From: Haliotis cracherodii
Lineage: Eukaryota
NCBI RefSeq assembly: GCF_022045235.1
Contig: NW_027266271.1
Coordinates: 27,776,001-27,840,000, forward strand
DNA: 64,000 nucleotides
Direction of reading: 5' to 3'
Shown here: piece by piece, positions 39,440 through 52,804 of the stretch
Layout: each line of letters begins with the position of its first letter
Position numbering within the stretch: the first letter of the stretch is position 1
Translations under genes and position numbers: made by a program
The notes under the pieces: model-generated
Seen by the model: the letters and a program-made list of their open reading frames with translations, nothing else
Told to the model about the DNA's origin: nothing
Databases searched by the model: none

Positions 39440-40137
39440 ATAGGGGTCACGAAGGGGAGGGGTCAAGATAGGAAGGGGTCAAGATGGGGAGGGGTCAGGA
39501 TGGAGAGGGGTCAGGATGGGGAAGGGTCAAGATGGGGAGGGGTCAGGATGGAGAGGGGTTAGGATGGGGAGGGGTCAAGATAGGGAGGGGTCAAGATGGG
39601 GAGGGGTCAAGATAGGGAGGGGTCAGGATGGAGAGGGGTCAGGATGGGGAGGGGTCAAGATTGGGAGGGGTCATGATGGGGAGGGGTCAGGATGGGGGAG
39701 GGTCAGGATGGTGAGGGGTCAGGATAGGGAGGGATCAGGATAGAGAGGGATCAAGATTGGGAGGGGTCAAGATAGGGAGGGATCAAGATTGGGAGGGGTC
39801 AGGATAGGGAGGGATCAGGATGGGGAGGGGTCAAGATTGGGAGGGGTCATGATGGGGAGGGGTCAGGATGGGGGAGGGTCAGGATGGTGAGGGGTCAGGA
39901 TAAGGAGGGGTCAAGATAGGGAGGGATCAAGATTGGGAGGGGTCAAGATAGGGAGGGATCAAGATTGGGAGGGGTCAAGATGGGGAGGGGTCAGGATGGG
40001 GAGGGGTCAGGATAGGGAAGGGTCAGGATAAGAAGGGATCAAGATTGGGAGGGTCAGGATGGGGAGGGGTCAAGATAAGGAGGGATCAAGATTGGGAAGG
40101 GTCAGGATGGGGAGGGGTCAGGATGGAGAGGAGTCAG
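39440..40137. repeat. G-rich minisatellite, 16-bp unit (GATGGGGAGGGGTCAG)
   Basis: ~43 copies. Confidence 0.95.
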
Positions 40138-40594
40138 ATGGAACCCTGTTTACAAGTGGAATAATCTAATCAGACTTGTTTATCAATGCCTCTCCAAAAG
40201 TGACAGAAGATGTATTTGGTATAATGTCATCAGCTGTCAGTGGTTCTTCTCAGAAGGATCTTGCTGATGCTGAATGCTTTATATTTAGTTGGATTTCAGT
40301 TGGACCGAAACTGTGGTGTAAATTAATGCCTATATCTGAGAAAGAAATTAGACTATTGCAAGGTTATACATATTCTTAAAATGGGTTCTTGGTCTGTTGA
40401 GAGCAGTAAATAATATGAAAAGTCACTTTAATTTCTTTTCCCCCAATGTAATGCTGTTGATTTACCACTGTAAAAATCTCTCAACCAAGAAATGTATAAA
40501 GATAATATATCTACAAGATACTGTAAAAATAAAAATTCCAATTAAAAACAATATGATATAATATACTTCATCACGTTCAGTCAAAAGTGTAGGG

Positions 40595-40946
40595 GACTAT
40601 TTCCGTGGTCTAGTGGTAGGGCGTCCACCCGGAGAGCAGAAGGTTGGGGGTTCGATCCCCAGCTGTGTCATACAAAAACACATTAAAAGATGGTACTTGT
40701 TGTTACCCTGTCTATCGCTCGGCTTTAGGAGGCTAAAAGAAAGACTGGTCGGCTCGGAGTCAGTATACTGTGTCTCAGTGGGTATCCATGTTAAACAGTG
40801 GCATGGCATCCCAGTGGCCTAGCACTATGAAATCGGCATCAGTCGGAACTAGTACAAGCAGCCACTCACATACACACACATACATGCATGCTGCTTTATT
40901 AGTGCAATAATCTTGGACACGAGGTTAAACCCCATTTCACCTCACC
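40595..40946 (+). mobile_element. SINE family 2, full length
   Basis: A box GTGGTCTAGTGG, B box GGTTCGATCCC, (CACCT) tail, TSD TCAAAAKTGTAG. Confidence 0.92.
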
Positions 40947-40973
40947 TCAAAATTGTAGATTTTAAGAATATAG

Positions 40974-41287
40974 AGATGAGATGAGTTGAGATGGGGTTTA
41001 ATGGGGTTCAAGATAATTGCACTTACAAAGCAACGTGTACTAGTCTTGATTAATGCCCGTCATAAAATGCTAGCCCACTGAGATACCATGTGTCAGTTTA
41101 ACATGAACACCCCTCACAAACACATTATATTGACTCTCAAGTCCACCGGCCCTTGTTTTAGCCCTTGAACAGCTTTCAGGGTAACAAGTACCAAATTGTC
41201 ACGTTTTGGTAAGGTGCAGTTGTGGATCAAACCACCAACCTTCCACTCTCCAGTCAGATGCTCTTTCCACCAGACCACAGAGGCTGT
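40974..41287 (-). mobile_element. SINE family 2, older copy, tail-to-tail with the previous copy
   Basis: Homologous to 16912-17256; TSD-like TTAAGAATATAG / TTGAGAGTATAG. Confidence 0.85.
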
Positions 41288-41299
41288 TTGAGAGTATAG

Positions 41300-41426
41300 T
41301 GAGTGAGTGAGTGAGTGTGGTTTTACGCCGCTTTTAGCAATATCCCAGCAATATCAAGGCGGGGGACACCAGAAATGGGCTTTAACCACGAGCGAACGCT
41401 TTAACAAATAGGCTACCCGACCGCCC
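41300..41426 (-). mobile_element. SINE family 1 with internal deletion
   Basis: 12-bp perfect TSD TTGAGAGTATAG (41288-41299 / 41427-41438). Confidence 0.9.
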
Positions 41427-41581
41427 TTGAGAGTATAGACAAAGCAAGTGTACTTCATTTGTTTTTACTAATCCTTTAATCATGTAAGTAAAGTTTTAAT
41501 CATCAAAATAACCAAACATTTAAGAAATTATATATATTGTTGTTGCACAGCACTGACCTGTCATAGTGACAAACAGACAAA

Positions 41582-42005
41582 TGTGACCCACCAGAAGATA
41601 AGGGACCTTATGGGTGAAACATCACATTTTGGCTTCTCATTATAATTTATAACTACAGTATCTTTGGAATGCAAAAATTCAGTTCTCAAGCTTCAATTCA
41701 CATTTGTTACAGAGATACATCAGAGATAAAACATTTAGACTCATTTTCCGACTTATTACGTATCATCTAATTACTGCAGTGTTTAGACATAATGTCTGAT
41801 GAATTGAAAGAAGACATGTATGCTGAAAGGTCTTGAAATAATGTTTTTATTACATTATGAAGTAACGAGAGAAAAATAAGACATTTTTGTACAGTCCGCA
41901 CACATGGTGATTTTCACTCAAGTAAGTTGACGTCAAATGTCTGTATGACGTCATAGCACAACAGTATCCTAGCACCCATCAGGTCCCTTTCCCTGGTGCG
42001 TCACA
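41582..42005. mobile_element. MITE with TGT...ACA ends and ~33-bp imperfect TIR
   Basis: TGTGACCCACCAG..AAGGGACCTTATGGGTG versus rc of CACCCATCAGGTCCCTTTCCCTGGTGCGTCACA. Confidence 0.75.
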
Positions 42006-44394
42006 GATATTATACCTAATATTGTTTCAAGGTAATATATAAACTTAACGCCAGAACGTCAGTCTCCATGATCTGCCGAAACAGTGTCTGTAAAAGGCAA
42101 AATAGCTGTGAAAGTTATAGGAATGCATGAAAAACGCTAACATTAAGACTATAATATTTAATGTTTAAAAATTGTTTGGGCTAAATTGTCTATTAAGATA
42201 AGATATAGCATGAGCTCAGAGAAATTCATCATTTCCAGAAATTGAAAAAAATGAAGTATCATATTTTTCAGAGGGTCTGTATGAGAGATAGGCACTGCAT
42301 CGACATGTTGCTCTTGTTGCAGCAATTAGTCCCCCATTAAAAACAGCTTGCAGGATGCCCCTCCCTGCCTCATCCTCAGATCATTCCTTGGTAATATGAC
42401 TGTGATCATTACCTATCCCTCCACATCAGAGGAACTGCTCCATCTGGTAGAGCCAGCTTCCCACTGAGCGTGGCCGGAGTACCCAGCTGGCCGGCCCACT
42501 AATGGCAGGACTCAGGCTCACAGGGAGGCTATGTAGTGATTCCCTGAACTACCACCAGTGTTGCATTGCCTGAATATTGAGGTAGAGTAAGTCTTGTCAG
42601 TTGCCTCATCCATGCTTGTGTGAGATTAGTCTCCATATTACAATATTGTATGTATGGAACTGTACTCAGTTCCTGGAATATATCTTAAAGTTGCATTTAG
42701 AAGCTCTTGTTTCAATGTCCGGGGATGGATTAACTGCTTGCTTGATACAGGTATGATCAATTGTTTTAACATGCCTTTGAAATGAAAAAGTCATCTGTCA
42801 ATCTTTGCTTTTCCTAAAACATCTGTTATTATCTAAGCCGTAAAGGTGTGCAATTTATATTTTATGTTCTCTTGAAATTGGTAAAATTGAATTTTAAAGG
42901 GTTTCTTTAACTTTGATATTACACTGTATGTACAACCATTCTCAACAACCGGAGATGTAATAGGTTGAAATGTGGTTCATGTGTTGCTACAGTTATTGAT
43001 ATTTCCATGTAACCTCGCTGTCCAGCTGAATGTGGACTTGCCAGTTCATGTGAATAATATGTTGTGATATGATCCCCCTTGAGGAAACACTTCCATAACA
43101 TGCACAGTGCAGGTTTGTCTGTAAACATATTGCAACATATTACTTATTTTTAGAATTTTGTTTTATTATTTTTTATAAGGAGTATAATGAAAAATATCTT
43201 ATTACTGCTATATTGCATCTTACAATCGCCCAAAACAGGTGGATAAACTTCCTTCAACATTGTTTTTTTTTATGGTGTTCCTAGATTGAATTAATAAATC
43301 TTTAGATGTAGGAACTTTTCAATATCCTGTCATCAAAGTAATATTTCTTTCTTTCAAATGCAGTGAACTTAGCAACCATTAATCAATTGCTGCCATGTCT
43401 TCAAAGTCAGGGGGATTTCAAATGCTTTAGAAGTTAACTTAATAGTTTTAAACTCCATAAACTTCATCTTTGCATCAACATAATCAGATGTATGAATATG
43501 ATAATAATTTTGGGAACTCATTGACATTCTGTTTCTTCTATTGTAAAATGGAGCCAGCTTTTAGCAAAGATTTCTTGTGATCATGGAAATGTTTTTTGTC
43601 ACTTTTATTCTCAAATTGCATTGAAATTTACATCGTCTTTTTTCTTGGAATAAGAGGAAAAATATATCTGTTTTAATCTGATCACTTTGTTGAACATTGA
43701 TCCAACAAATTATGTCTTTAGGAAATGGCATATTTTCTCACGAAAAGAAATGAGAACCACACTCTTCCTTGACAGTCGGACTGAACCCTCCGACTTGAGG
43801 GTGAATGGGTCTGTTCAATATACAAGAGAAATTGCCTCCTAGATATTAGAACACATTTGCCACTTCTGGAGGCAGGAAAACCTTATGCAGTATCCATCAT
43901 TGTTCACAGCGTTAATCAATGCATCTCATTGAGGCTGAAAATACAGACTTCTTTCTTAATTGAATTTCTTCCTCACCTCGCTCAATGTCACACACAACAT
44001 TAAGCAATGGTTCCAAAGGCATTCATACATGCACTGATTGTTCAATTAAATATTTTTATCTGTGCCATTGATTTTTAGTTTTATTCAATTTGAATTTTTC
44101 TGAAATCTTGGAAAAATTGTTCATTTGTGATCCATGTCAAGTGAGTATTTGAGAATGTAATGAATATTTTCTGATCAAGCTATTTTGAATTAGACTTTTC
44201 TGATTCATTAAGGAGATAGCGGATACTGGTTTTATTTGATACTATTGAATCTTCTAAATAATGACAATCATTCAGTGTGCTCAAGGAGTTACAGCTGAAT
44301 ATCACTCCACTGGCCAGATAATAGGATCTGGCATATGGTGTTCTCATGCATGGTTTTACACAGAAACCTTTGTGTTATAAAGTCATTTTGTATT

Positions 44395-44710
44395 GGTAGT
44401 CCAGTCTTTAATGGCCTGACAGTCAGCTGTGCAGAGTTCCCTCCCTTAGTCAGGCCAGGAACCTATGATCATGGGTTCAAATCGTCGTTTGCTCTGATTA
44501 TGGTCTAGGTTTGTCAGCATCATAGCTATGCTCATGGGTTTTAACAAAGTGGTAAACGTCTCAGACCTGCATCACTTCAGGCTTTCCTCCCACACCAAGC
44601 TGATAGGCTGTGATATAACTGGAGTACTGATAGGCTGTGATATAACTGGAGTACTGATAGGCTGTGATATAACTGGAATACTCTTCCAGGCAGTGTTAGA
44701 CCGAAGTCAT
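44395..44710 (+). mobile_element. SINE family 4 with an internal 27-bp triplication (44600-44680)
   Basis: Matches 45016-45190 and rc of 57418-57660. Confidence 0.8.
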
Positions 44711-45015
44711 GTGGTGTCATCACTGCCATCAGACATGTTGGAGTGTGATGGGCAGGTATTGCTTGCATCCTATTGCTGTGATGTATCATTTGCCCCACCC
44801 CTAAACTGAGTGAGTGAGTGACTTGAGTTTAGCTCTGCTTTTCCAGTTGTATCACAGTGTCCGCTTGACAGGGGAAGAAAGCCAAAAGATGCAGATGAAA
44901 GACATCAACCACTTTGAACAATAAGATTAACAAGGGTTCTATGTTGCCAACTGTTACCATTCTCTAGAGTTTTCCTTAATTTCGTATGTAGTTATAAAGT
45001 CTACTGTATAAAACC

Positions 45016-45190
45016 GCCCTGGTTATGTTTCTAGGTTTGTCAGCACCATACCTGTGCTCGTGGGTTTCACCGAAGTGTTAAATGTCTGAGACCTGCATCA
45101 CTTCGGGCTTTCTTCCCACATCAAGCTGACACGCCCCGATATAACTGGAATACTGTTAAAAGCAGCGTTAAACCCAACTCACTCACTCAC
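45016..45190 (+). mobile_element. SINE family 4, 5'-truncated, (ACTC)n tail
   Basis: GGCTTTCTTCCCACA...GATATAACTGGAATACTG...; TSD-like TACTGTATA on both sides. Confidence 0.85.
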
Positions 45191-45339
45191 TTACTACTGT
45201 ATACAACCTTGTATGATGGGTTTTCAGACACTTTAGAAACATTCATAGTTTTCTCGTAACTTTATCTTGAAAGCAAGCACCAAATTTTGGAACTACAGGT
45301 ATGCTCATAGCACTGTATCTGGAGTATTACGCTAGGTAA

Positions 45340-45500
45340 TGGCTCAGTGTTCTCTCAAATGTCATTCTCAGCTCCCTGGGGAGTATTCAACCCAAGTTCG
45401 CTGAGAGGCCCGAGAAGGTTAACAGCCACATTACCATCTCATCATACCTAGAAACTCTCAGGAATCCTTCTTGCACCCGGTCACCCATCCACCTACTCAC
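45340..45500 (-). mobile_element. Possible Deu/Nin-domain SINE remnant
   Basis: CTCCCTGGGGAGTATTCAACC...CCGGTCACCCAT resembles the reverse of the Nin core; from memory, not aligned. Confidence 0.35.
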
Positions 45501-45921
45501 TACCATGTGCCACCATTCAACAGGTCAAGTGTCTGTTGCACCCTGACACATGACCACAGATTCTAAACGTCAGAATTAATGGAAAGTTGGCACACTGCAG
45601 AGGATGCAAGTATTTCCAGAGAAGATTGTCCACCAGGGATGCGCGAACCATTGGCCCAGTTGGCTGCACTTGTGGCAGGATCTGCTGATTGTGGTTTGAC
45701 TCTCAGATAAACCCTGATCATGACCCTGGGTTTGTCAGCACCCTCCTACAGATGCCTGTTGGTTTACCACAGTTGTAAGCACCTTGGACTTGTGGGCTAT
45801 CCTTGTGGTTGAAGCGTCTACTCATCTGGTCAAAGACCTGGGTTCGAATCCCCTCAGCACCACATGATACAGATAACTTCAGGTTGATATTTCTACTTTG
45901 CAGTCTGTCATACAGATCAAT

Positions 45922-46082
45922 GGGAGTTGGGGTAGCCCAGTGGTTAAAGTGTTCACTCGTCACGCCCAAGGCCTGTGTTCGATTCCCCACAAAAGTACAA
46001 TGTGTGAAGCACATTTCTGGTGTCCCCCAAGATGATATTGCTGGAATATTGCTAAAAACAGCATAAAAGCCATACTCACTCA
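45922..46082 (+). mobile_element. SINE family 1
   Basis: A/B boxes, family body, ACTC tail. Confidence 0.9.
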
Positions 46083-47017
46083 TTTCCTCTTTCCTGCTAC
46101 ATTTAAACTGACACACTGTGATGCTGAAACAGCTGAATATTGTTCAAAGTAGCGTTAAATTCCATCCTGTCTCACTCACTCACTCACTCACTCACTGACT
46201 CGTATTCTTGTGGAGTTTCCGGGTAAGAATAGTCCCCTACTATCTACATTTCTCATCACAAAATTGTTTTTGTGGTCCACCTCGATGACTTGGTTGTGCA
46301 TCATCATTCCTAAACAATGTTGAACGTTGCTTGTAATATCAATCTCAGGATGAATTGGACCAGACACAAATATTTACAGGCCCCCATCATATTGCTGGTA
46401 ACTGAGGTGCAGCAGTAAACAGCAAACAAACAAACAAACAAACAAACAAACACTGAACCCAGAGCTTACATCACACGTCACTTTTAATGCTGGACAGCAG
46501 GACAAATTACAGGGCAAGTGTTCATCATAACTGAAACAGGTTTATTTTACAAATTGCCTCATGACTGTAGGATTGGACAGAGAAACAAACTGCCATATCA
46601 GCTATTTCCAATTTCACTCACTGTTGGTGTGGATGGGACACCAAAACAATGCCTTATCTACATTGTTGCAGACTGTTGTGAGCTGACTTGAAGAAGATGG
46701 ATTGGTGTAGCTGACAGCCCCATACCTCACCAGGGAAACCAGCCTGGGCAAACACTCCATTCTTGCCTTCCTTTACACTTGAAATGTTTCATGAAGTTTG
46801 ACTTGCTGCATACTGTCTGTGTTTAGCCAAGGGAATTTGCTCTGTTTTAACCCTTCCTCAAAGACTGAATGGACAACATAGCATGTGAGATACCTCACCT
46901 TGTAGCTGTGACATTCCTCTCTTGTGGATGTAATATCTGGTGTTCATGAACAGTCAGTGCAGAAATGTCTTATCTCATGGCTTGGCCAAGATATTGGTGG
47001 GGAGGGAATCTCAGAGC

Positions 47018-47405
47018 AAATAAGATAATAAGATAATATTTATTGCAGAATTGTTCCATTACGGGACAGATGCAATTTTAAAAGACAAGACATTATGATC
47101 CATATAAACATATATACAGACATACATAATTTACATTCCTGTAGACACAAACAAAATAATCAATATTATATATGTGATGATATTCTTATTTATACATAAA
47201 ATTGTCAACGGTTGATTATGGAGGAGTATTTATTGTTTGAAATTATAGATGTGGAAACAAATGCAGTTGATATTGACTGCTTCATTATTTGACAGGATGT
47301 ATTGAAATAATTTATCTTCATGACTGTGGACATTTACATTTACATTTTGTCTAGATAATTTTTCAAAGAGTATATTTCTTTCTCGAGTGTGTTTAAATAT
47401 GTATG
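47018..47405 (-). mobile_element. LINE 3' fragment (ORF2 C-terminus plus 3' UTR and tail)
   Basis: ...HTRERNILFEKL...KLFQYILSN... followed by a UTR that matches 24209-24322. Confidence 0.7.
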
Positions 47406-47758
47406 GTTGATGGTTGGTGGTTGGGTTACCGGCAATTAAAAACAGCTCGTCATAGCTGTCACTATCGTTTGTAAAACGAGATGAATACAAGTTAGATCGT
47501 GCCGGTTTTAAACTCTTTCAGTGCCGTGGTGCTGCTCCACAACTTCTGCCCATAACATTAATGCATTGGTATGAACATTTTTGTGTTTCTTTTTGAAAAT
47601 CTCTTTGAACATTTTCACAGTTATATTTTGGGTGTTAATTCAGTCTTTATCAGACATGAAACTTTGAACTTCACTCTTACTGAAATACTGTTCAATGCAG
47701 TGTCAAACCCAAGTCACTCACTCACTCACAAGATAAGAATAGCAGTCTAGGTTTTCAT

Positions 47759-48256
47759 ACCACCTCCTTGGTCCTGTGGATAGAGTGTCAGTCCGGAGAA
47801 AGGAAGGTGAGTGATTCGCTCTCCACAGCTCGAGTCATACCAACACATATTAAAAGATGGCTCTTGTTGGTACCCTGTGTGGCACATGAATTAAGGGGAC
47901 CAAACAAGGACTGGTCGGCTCGGAGTCAGTATACTGTGTCAGAGTGGGGTATCAATGTAAATCTGCGGCATTGTATCTCAGTGGGCTAAAACAAGGACAG
48001 GTCGGCTCGGAGTCAGGATACTGTGTCTGAGTGGGGTATCCATGTTAATCTGCGGCATGGTATCTCAGTGGGCTAAAACAAGGACAGGTCGGCTCGGAGT
48101 CAGGATACTGTGTCTGAGTGGGGTATCCATGTTAATCTGCGGCATGGTATCTCAGTGGGCTAAAACAAGGACAGGTCGGCTCGAAGTCAGGATACTGTGT
48201 CTGAGTGGGGTATCCATGTTAATCTGTGGCATGGTATCTCAGTGGTATCTCAGTGG
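47759..48256 (+). mobile_element. SINE family 2 with an 87-bp body segment amplified x4
   Basis: Head plus core, then an 87-bp period (47981, 48068, 48155). Confidence 0.9.
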
Positions 48257-49129
48257 TCTGGCATTACCCTATTATAGCCAGAACATGGATGGCATGTTTA
48301 AGAATACCAGTAAAGTGTGAAAGCACAAATAAAATAGGGGTTTGATTTTCTGCAGTTTCTTACCTACATTACTTTCAGAACAATGTACAGCATCATCCAC
48401 AGTTCAAGCATAAGTGTATTCATGTATCGTGTGTGTGGCTCCATAGCTTGGAGCAAAGGATTGGAAGCATGCTACCAGATTCACTGACACCAAGCAAGTG
48501 TGTCTTCATCATGATGAGTGTTGGCAGGATGGGGGATGTGCTCAAGTATTTTTAATGTTTGGCACTTTTAGGAGGCTGGGCACTTATTAGATTGAACTTG
48601 GCGTATTGTTTATGAATGTTAAAAAATGACACACAGTAACATCAAAGTATAAGCCAAACACTGATTATGTAAATTGTAAAATATGGCATCCTTTAAGGGG
48701 GATTGGAGCAGATCAAAAATAGACCTCCAGAGATTTGTGATCATACTCACACACAAACTTGCCGATAAAACTGTCTGGAACAGGATATCAGATGATTGCT
48801 CCACAACCTTAATTCATAAAAAACATCCTATTCCTCCAACTGTGATTGGCGTAATTTGAATAATTGACGTTTACAGCAAGAAGTGGAACACTCAGCTAAT
48901 CACACGTTGGCTGAAGAATTGTAATAGCGAGAAGAGAACATGATTAAATCTGCCAATTACCTGATGTTGTAACAAATGAACATATTGTCATGCATCGGGA
49001 GTAAGGGATGCTGACAAATGAACAGTCATCCTGTCTTGGGTGGTGATGCTTTTATCACATGGACATAAACACATCATGAAATACACGAGGCTTCCCACAG
49101 GACAGGACCTGCCCTGGCCACTTGTCCAA

Positions 49130-49945
49130 TACGGGATGGGAGGGGGAAGTGGGGTCATTGTGTGGGGAGAATGGGTGGGGGAGTGGGGTCAGTGCATGTG
49201 TAGAGTGGGATTTTATTATTTTTTTTTTGGCGGAGGGGTAGCAGGGGCTGAGGGAGTCTGGTCAATGTGTAGAGTGGGATGGGGGGGTAGCGGCGGCTGG
49301 GTGGGGGAGTGAGGGGAGCGGGGGATGGCTGGGAAATAGGATCAGTGTGTGGAGTGGGAACAGGGGACTGGGGTCAGTGTGTGGAGTGGGGACAGTGTGT
49401 GGAGTTGGGGTGGGGGGGAATGGGGTCAGTGTGTGGAGCAGGGATGGGGGGGTCTGTGAATGGAGATGGGGTGGGATCAGTGTGTGGAGCAGGTGGGGGG
49501 AGTTGAGTCAGTTTGTGGAGTGGAGCGGGGTTGGGAGGTCTGTGGAATAGGGTTTGTGAGTGGAGAGGGGTGGGATCAGTGTGTGGAGCAGGGGGGTGGG
49601 AGTGGAGTCAGTTTGTGGGGGGGAGTGGGGTCAGTGAGTAGAGTGGGGTTTGGAGGTCTGTGGAATAGGGTTTGTGAGTGGAGAGGGGTGGGATCAGTGT
49701 GTGGAGCAGGGGGGAGGGGGGAGGAGTGGAGTCAGTTTGTGGAGTGGAATAGGGGTGGGGGGGAGTGGTGTCAGTTAGTGGATTGGGGTTTGGAGGTCTG
49801 TGGAATAGGTTCTGTGAGTGGAGAGGGGTGGGATCAGTGTGTAGAGCAGGGCGGATGGAGTTGGGTCATTGTGTGGAGTTGGGTGGAGGTTGTTTTGAGT
49901 GGGGTCAGTGAGTGGAGCGGGGTTGGGGGGTAGTGTGTGGAGCGG
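49130..49945. repeat. G-rich degenerate repeat with a ~60-bp block recurring at 49534, 49652 and 49792
   Basis: GGAGGTCTGTGGAATAGG...GGGATCAGTGTGT three times. Confidence 0.85.
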
Positions 49946-50906
49946 CATCCAACACATCATCAACAACAGAGATTGCATATTTATGGATACTTGTGTCAGA
50001 AAATAGTTTCTTCAATTTCATTAAATATCAGATGTATAGAAATAATGGTATTTGTGTAAATTCAACCCAATTTCCAAAATATCAGGCAATATTTAGAACT
50101 GCTAAAAGATACCGCTCACAGTCATATTGTAAATGGCAGAGTTTCATACACTGTAGCCTTTCATTATATGTGGGATGCCGTGACGTTGCTAGGGATTAAC
50201 TTGACACAATATGGCTGGAAGCCAAAACCGAGCCTTAATTGCAATTTGAGGTAGCCTTTGTGACGACACCAAGATCTGTTGCTCAGTCATCTTTGGGTGT
50301 GTTCTCTTCAGAGGTAGGAACATGGTCCTTGTCTTGTTAATTTGGATTTTTTAAAAACTTTACTTCCGACTTCGAAATGTTTTGACAGGAAAGGATTATT
50401 GAGCTGAAAAATCTTGTTCACTGTAAGAAGATACTTGAGTTTCTAACAAGACTATTTAGATAATTACTGACAAAACCACATGTGTGAGATGTTATTTTAA
50501 CTTCCTCTTTCCTTTTATTAATCTGCAATTTCGATATGAGTAGATTAGACTTTTTAGTCCCAGGTAGAGCGATGGAGGTATTTTATTTCTAAAAATATTC
50601 TAGCAGATTCTTCCAGTTGTCAGTGTTAGCCAATAACAGAGGCTAGATTATGTGTGAGGAGAATATAACAGGTGGCACTAACATGACGTTGTGTATAGTG
50701 TTGCTTTATTAAGTCAGATGCCACTACTTCCTGATGTATGTACTGTTAGAAACAAAATGTAGGACCAATAACATTGATTCAAGTCAAGAAAACTTTGAAT
50801 CCATTGGCATTTGAAGGAAACATTGATCTGGTTCAAGGGAAGTATCCTGTTCAATCTTGTGACTGATGAGTTTTGATATTAAACATAAAATAATATGTAC
50901 ATTATA

Positions 50907-51333
50907 TAGGGCTGCAACGAATACACTATGAGGCGAATACAATTTGTATCACGAATATAGGGTAACGAATGGGAATATTAATTCACGAATACAATAACAA
51001 GTCAGCAGTTGATGTATTGTTTGTTATATTCAATGAAACAAAAGCAACACAAATTATTTGAGTTAATTAGTTAATTATTAACTTATATTACATTTATACA
51101 CTGCACTTATCCAGGTACTAGTATCTGCTCAAATGCGACAATGACTAGTGACCACATTACTGTCAAATTAAATATTATAAGAGTGTTGTCTTTGAAGAAA
51201 TCTATACATATAATATGTTCTTATGGATATTTTTAAATAAATATTTGATTCTTTTGGTCACGAATAATGAATTCAATTCATGAATGGATACGGTTCGATT
51301 CACCGAATACGTGAGTGAATCGTAACAGCCCTG
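50907..51333. mobile_element. hAT-like MITE
   Basis: TAGGGCTGCAACGA ... TCGTAACAGCCCTG, subterminal CGAATA repeats, ATGTACAT near both ends. Confidence 0.75.
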
Positions 51334-51669
51334 ATGTACATACACATAACTGAATACATATTATAGGTCATTTCTATAACAATATATATACAGTGACTAC
51401 TATACTAAGATAATCTCTCTCTATCAATATTTAAACATCAAGCAATAGACTCTGCTATATATTTTCGTATAAAATGGTATGTTTTTAAAATTGTATTGCT
51501 TGTATTACATGATACACATTTTTTCTGTTCACAATGTCAATAACGAAAACCAAGATTATCTTCGAAGATGTAAGTGTTCCATGGCATTGGTCATTTGTAT
51601 GGGTGCATCCTCTGCTCTCTATATCATGACTCTGGTGGATAAAGCATGACTGCCCACAGTGTCGTACCA

Positions 51670-51978
51670 AGAGAGGAAGGTCCGGGGTTCTATCCCCGGC
51701 TGCGTCATACCTAAAGGCATTAAAAGATGGCTCTTGTTGTTACCCTGCCTGACACTCGGCATTAATGGTCTAAAACAAGGACTGATTGGCTTGGAGTCAC
51801 AATACTGTGTCTGAATGGGGTATTCATGATAAACTGCAGCATGGTATCTCTGTGGGCTAGCACTATAAAACCAGCATTAATCCACACTAGCACAAACAGC
51901 CACACAAAAACATGTGCATGTACGTTACTATATGAGTGTAAACATCTTGAATGTGACATTAGATTCCATTTCACTTCT
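51670..51978 (+). mobile_element. SINE family 2, 5'-truncated
   Basis: B box, core and tail homologous to 40595-40946. Confidence 0.88.
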
Positions 51979-52804
51979 CTTCTTATATCATATGCTGTAA
52001 ACCAGAACTTGTGTTCATCTGGAAGAACATTCAGCATTCTTTAACCAATTTTTTTTATCAAGTTTCAGTGGTATCTTTGACATTTATTGATATCATGTCA
52101 GCAGCATATGTAAGTGTTTCCAAAACTTACATGGAAGGTGAAGGTCTGTGAACGTGCAGAGCGTGTGGTGCTTGTTTCCTGGTGTGAACAGCGATCAGCC
52201 ATGTTATAACGTGTGTTACCCACTGGTAGCCATGTTGCTGGGCGATACGGCTGTTGTTGAGCTCATTGCTCCATGGGAGGTTTTCACTATTGGCTGTTAA
52301 CAGTCTATTGACAGACGAGTTAGTTAGCACTTTTGGTCTCATACCCCGGAGTATTTAAAGGAAATTGGTATCTTGCCTGTACAGAATTTTTGGATATCTG
52401 AACAAAAACATTTCTATAAATTGTTTGTTTAGCATCACGCAACTTCCTCATTCACTTTCATCATCTTCAAACAGGTTGTGATGTCATCTGTCTAACTTGC
52501 AGCACAACGTCTCACACGACTCCCATTGCCATGCTACTTTGTTCATTGGAGAAATATATTTTACATGTTATTAACATCAGAACACAAATTTGTATTAACT
52601 TTAAATTGATAATTATGGTATTGAGTCCTTTAGGGTATGTGTTTTATTATCTCCAACCCTCAGCTCTTTGCAAACTCCTGATATGACTATTTGACACTAA
52701 TTCATAAACCATGGTCATGACACAGTTGGAATTTCAAAATCAACTCTGGTCACTTTTATTTACACCCTCTTCACATTTACACAATTCATCTGCTCAGCTT
52801 GAGA

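Noticed and set aside
42340-42590. GC-richer unique stretch as an exon or enhancer
   Set aside because: No clear splice pair or recognisable peptide
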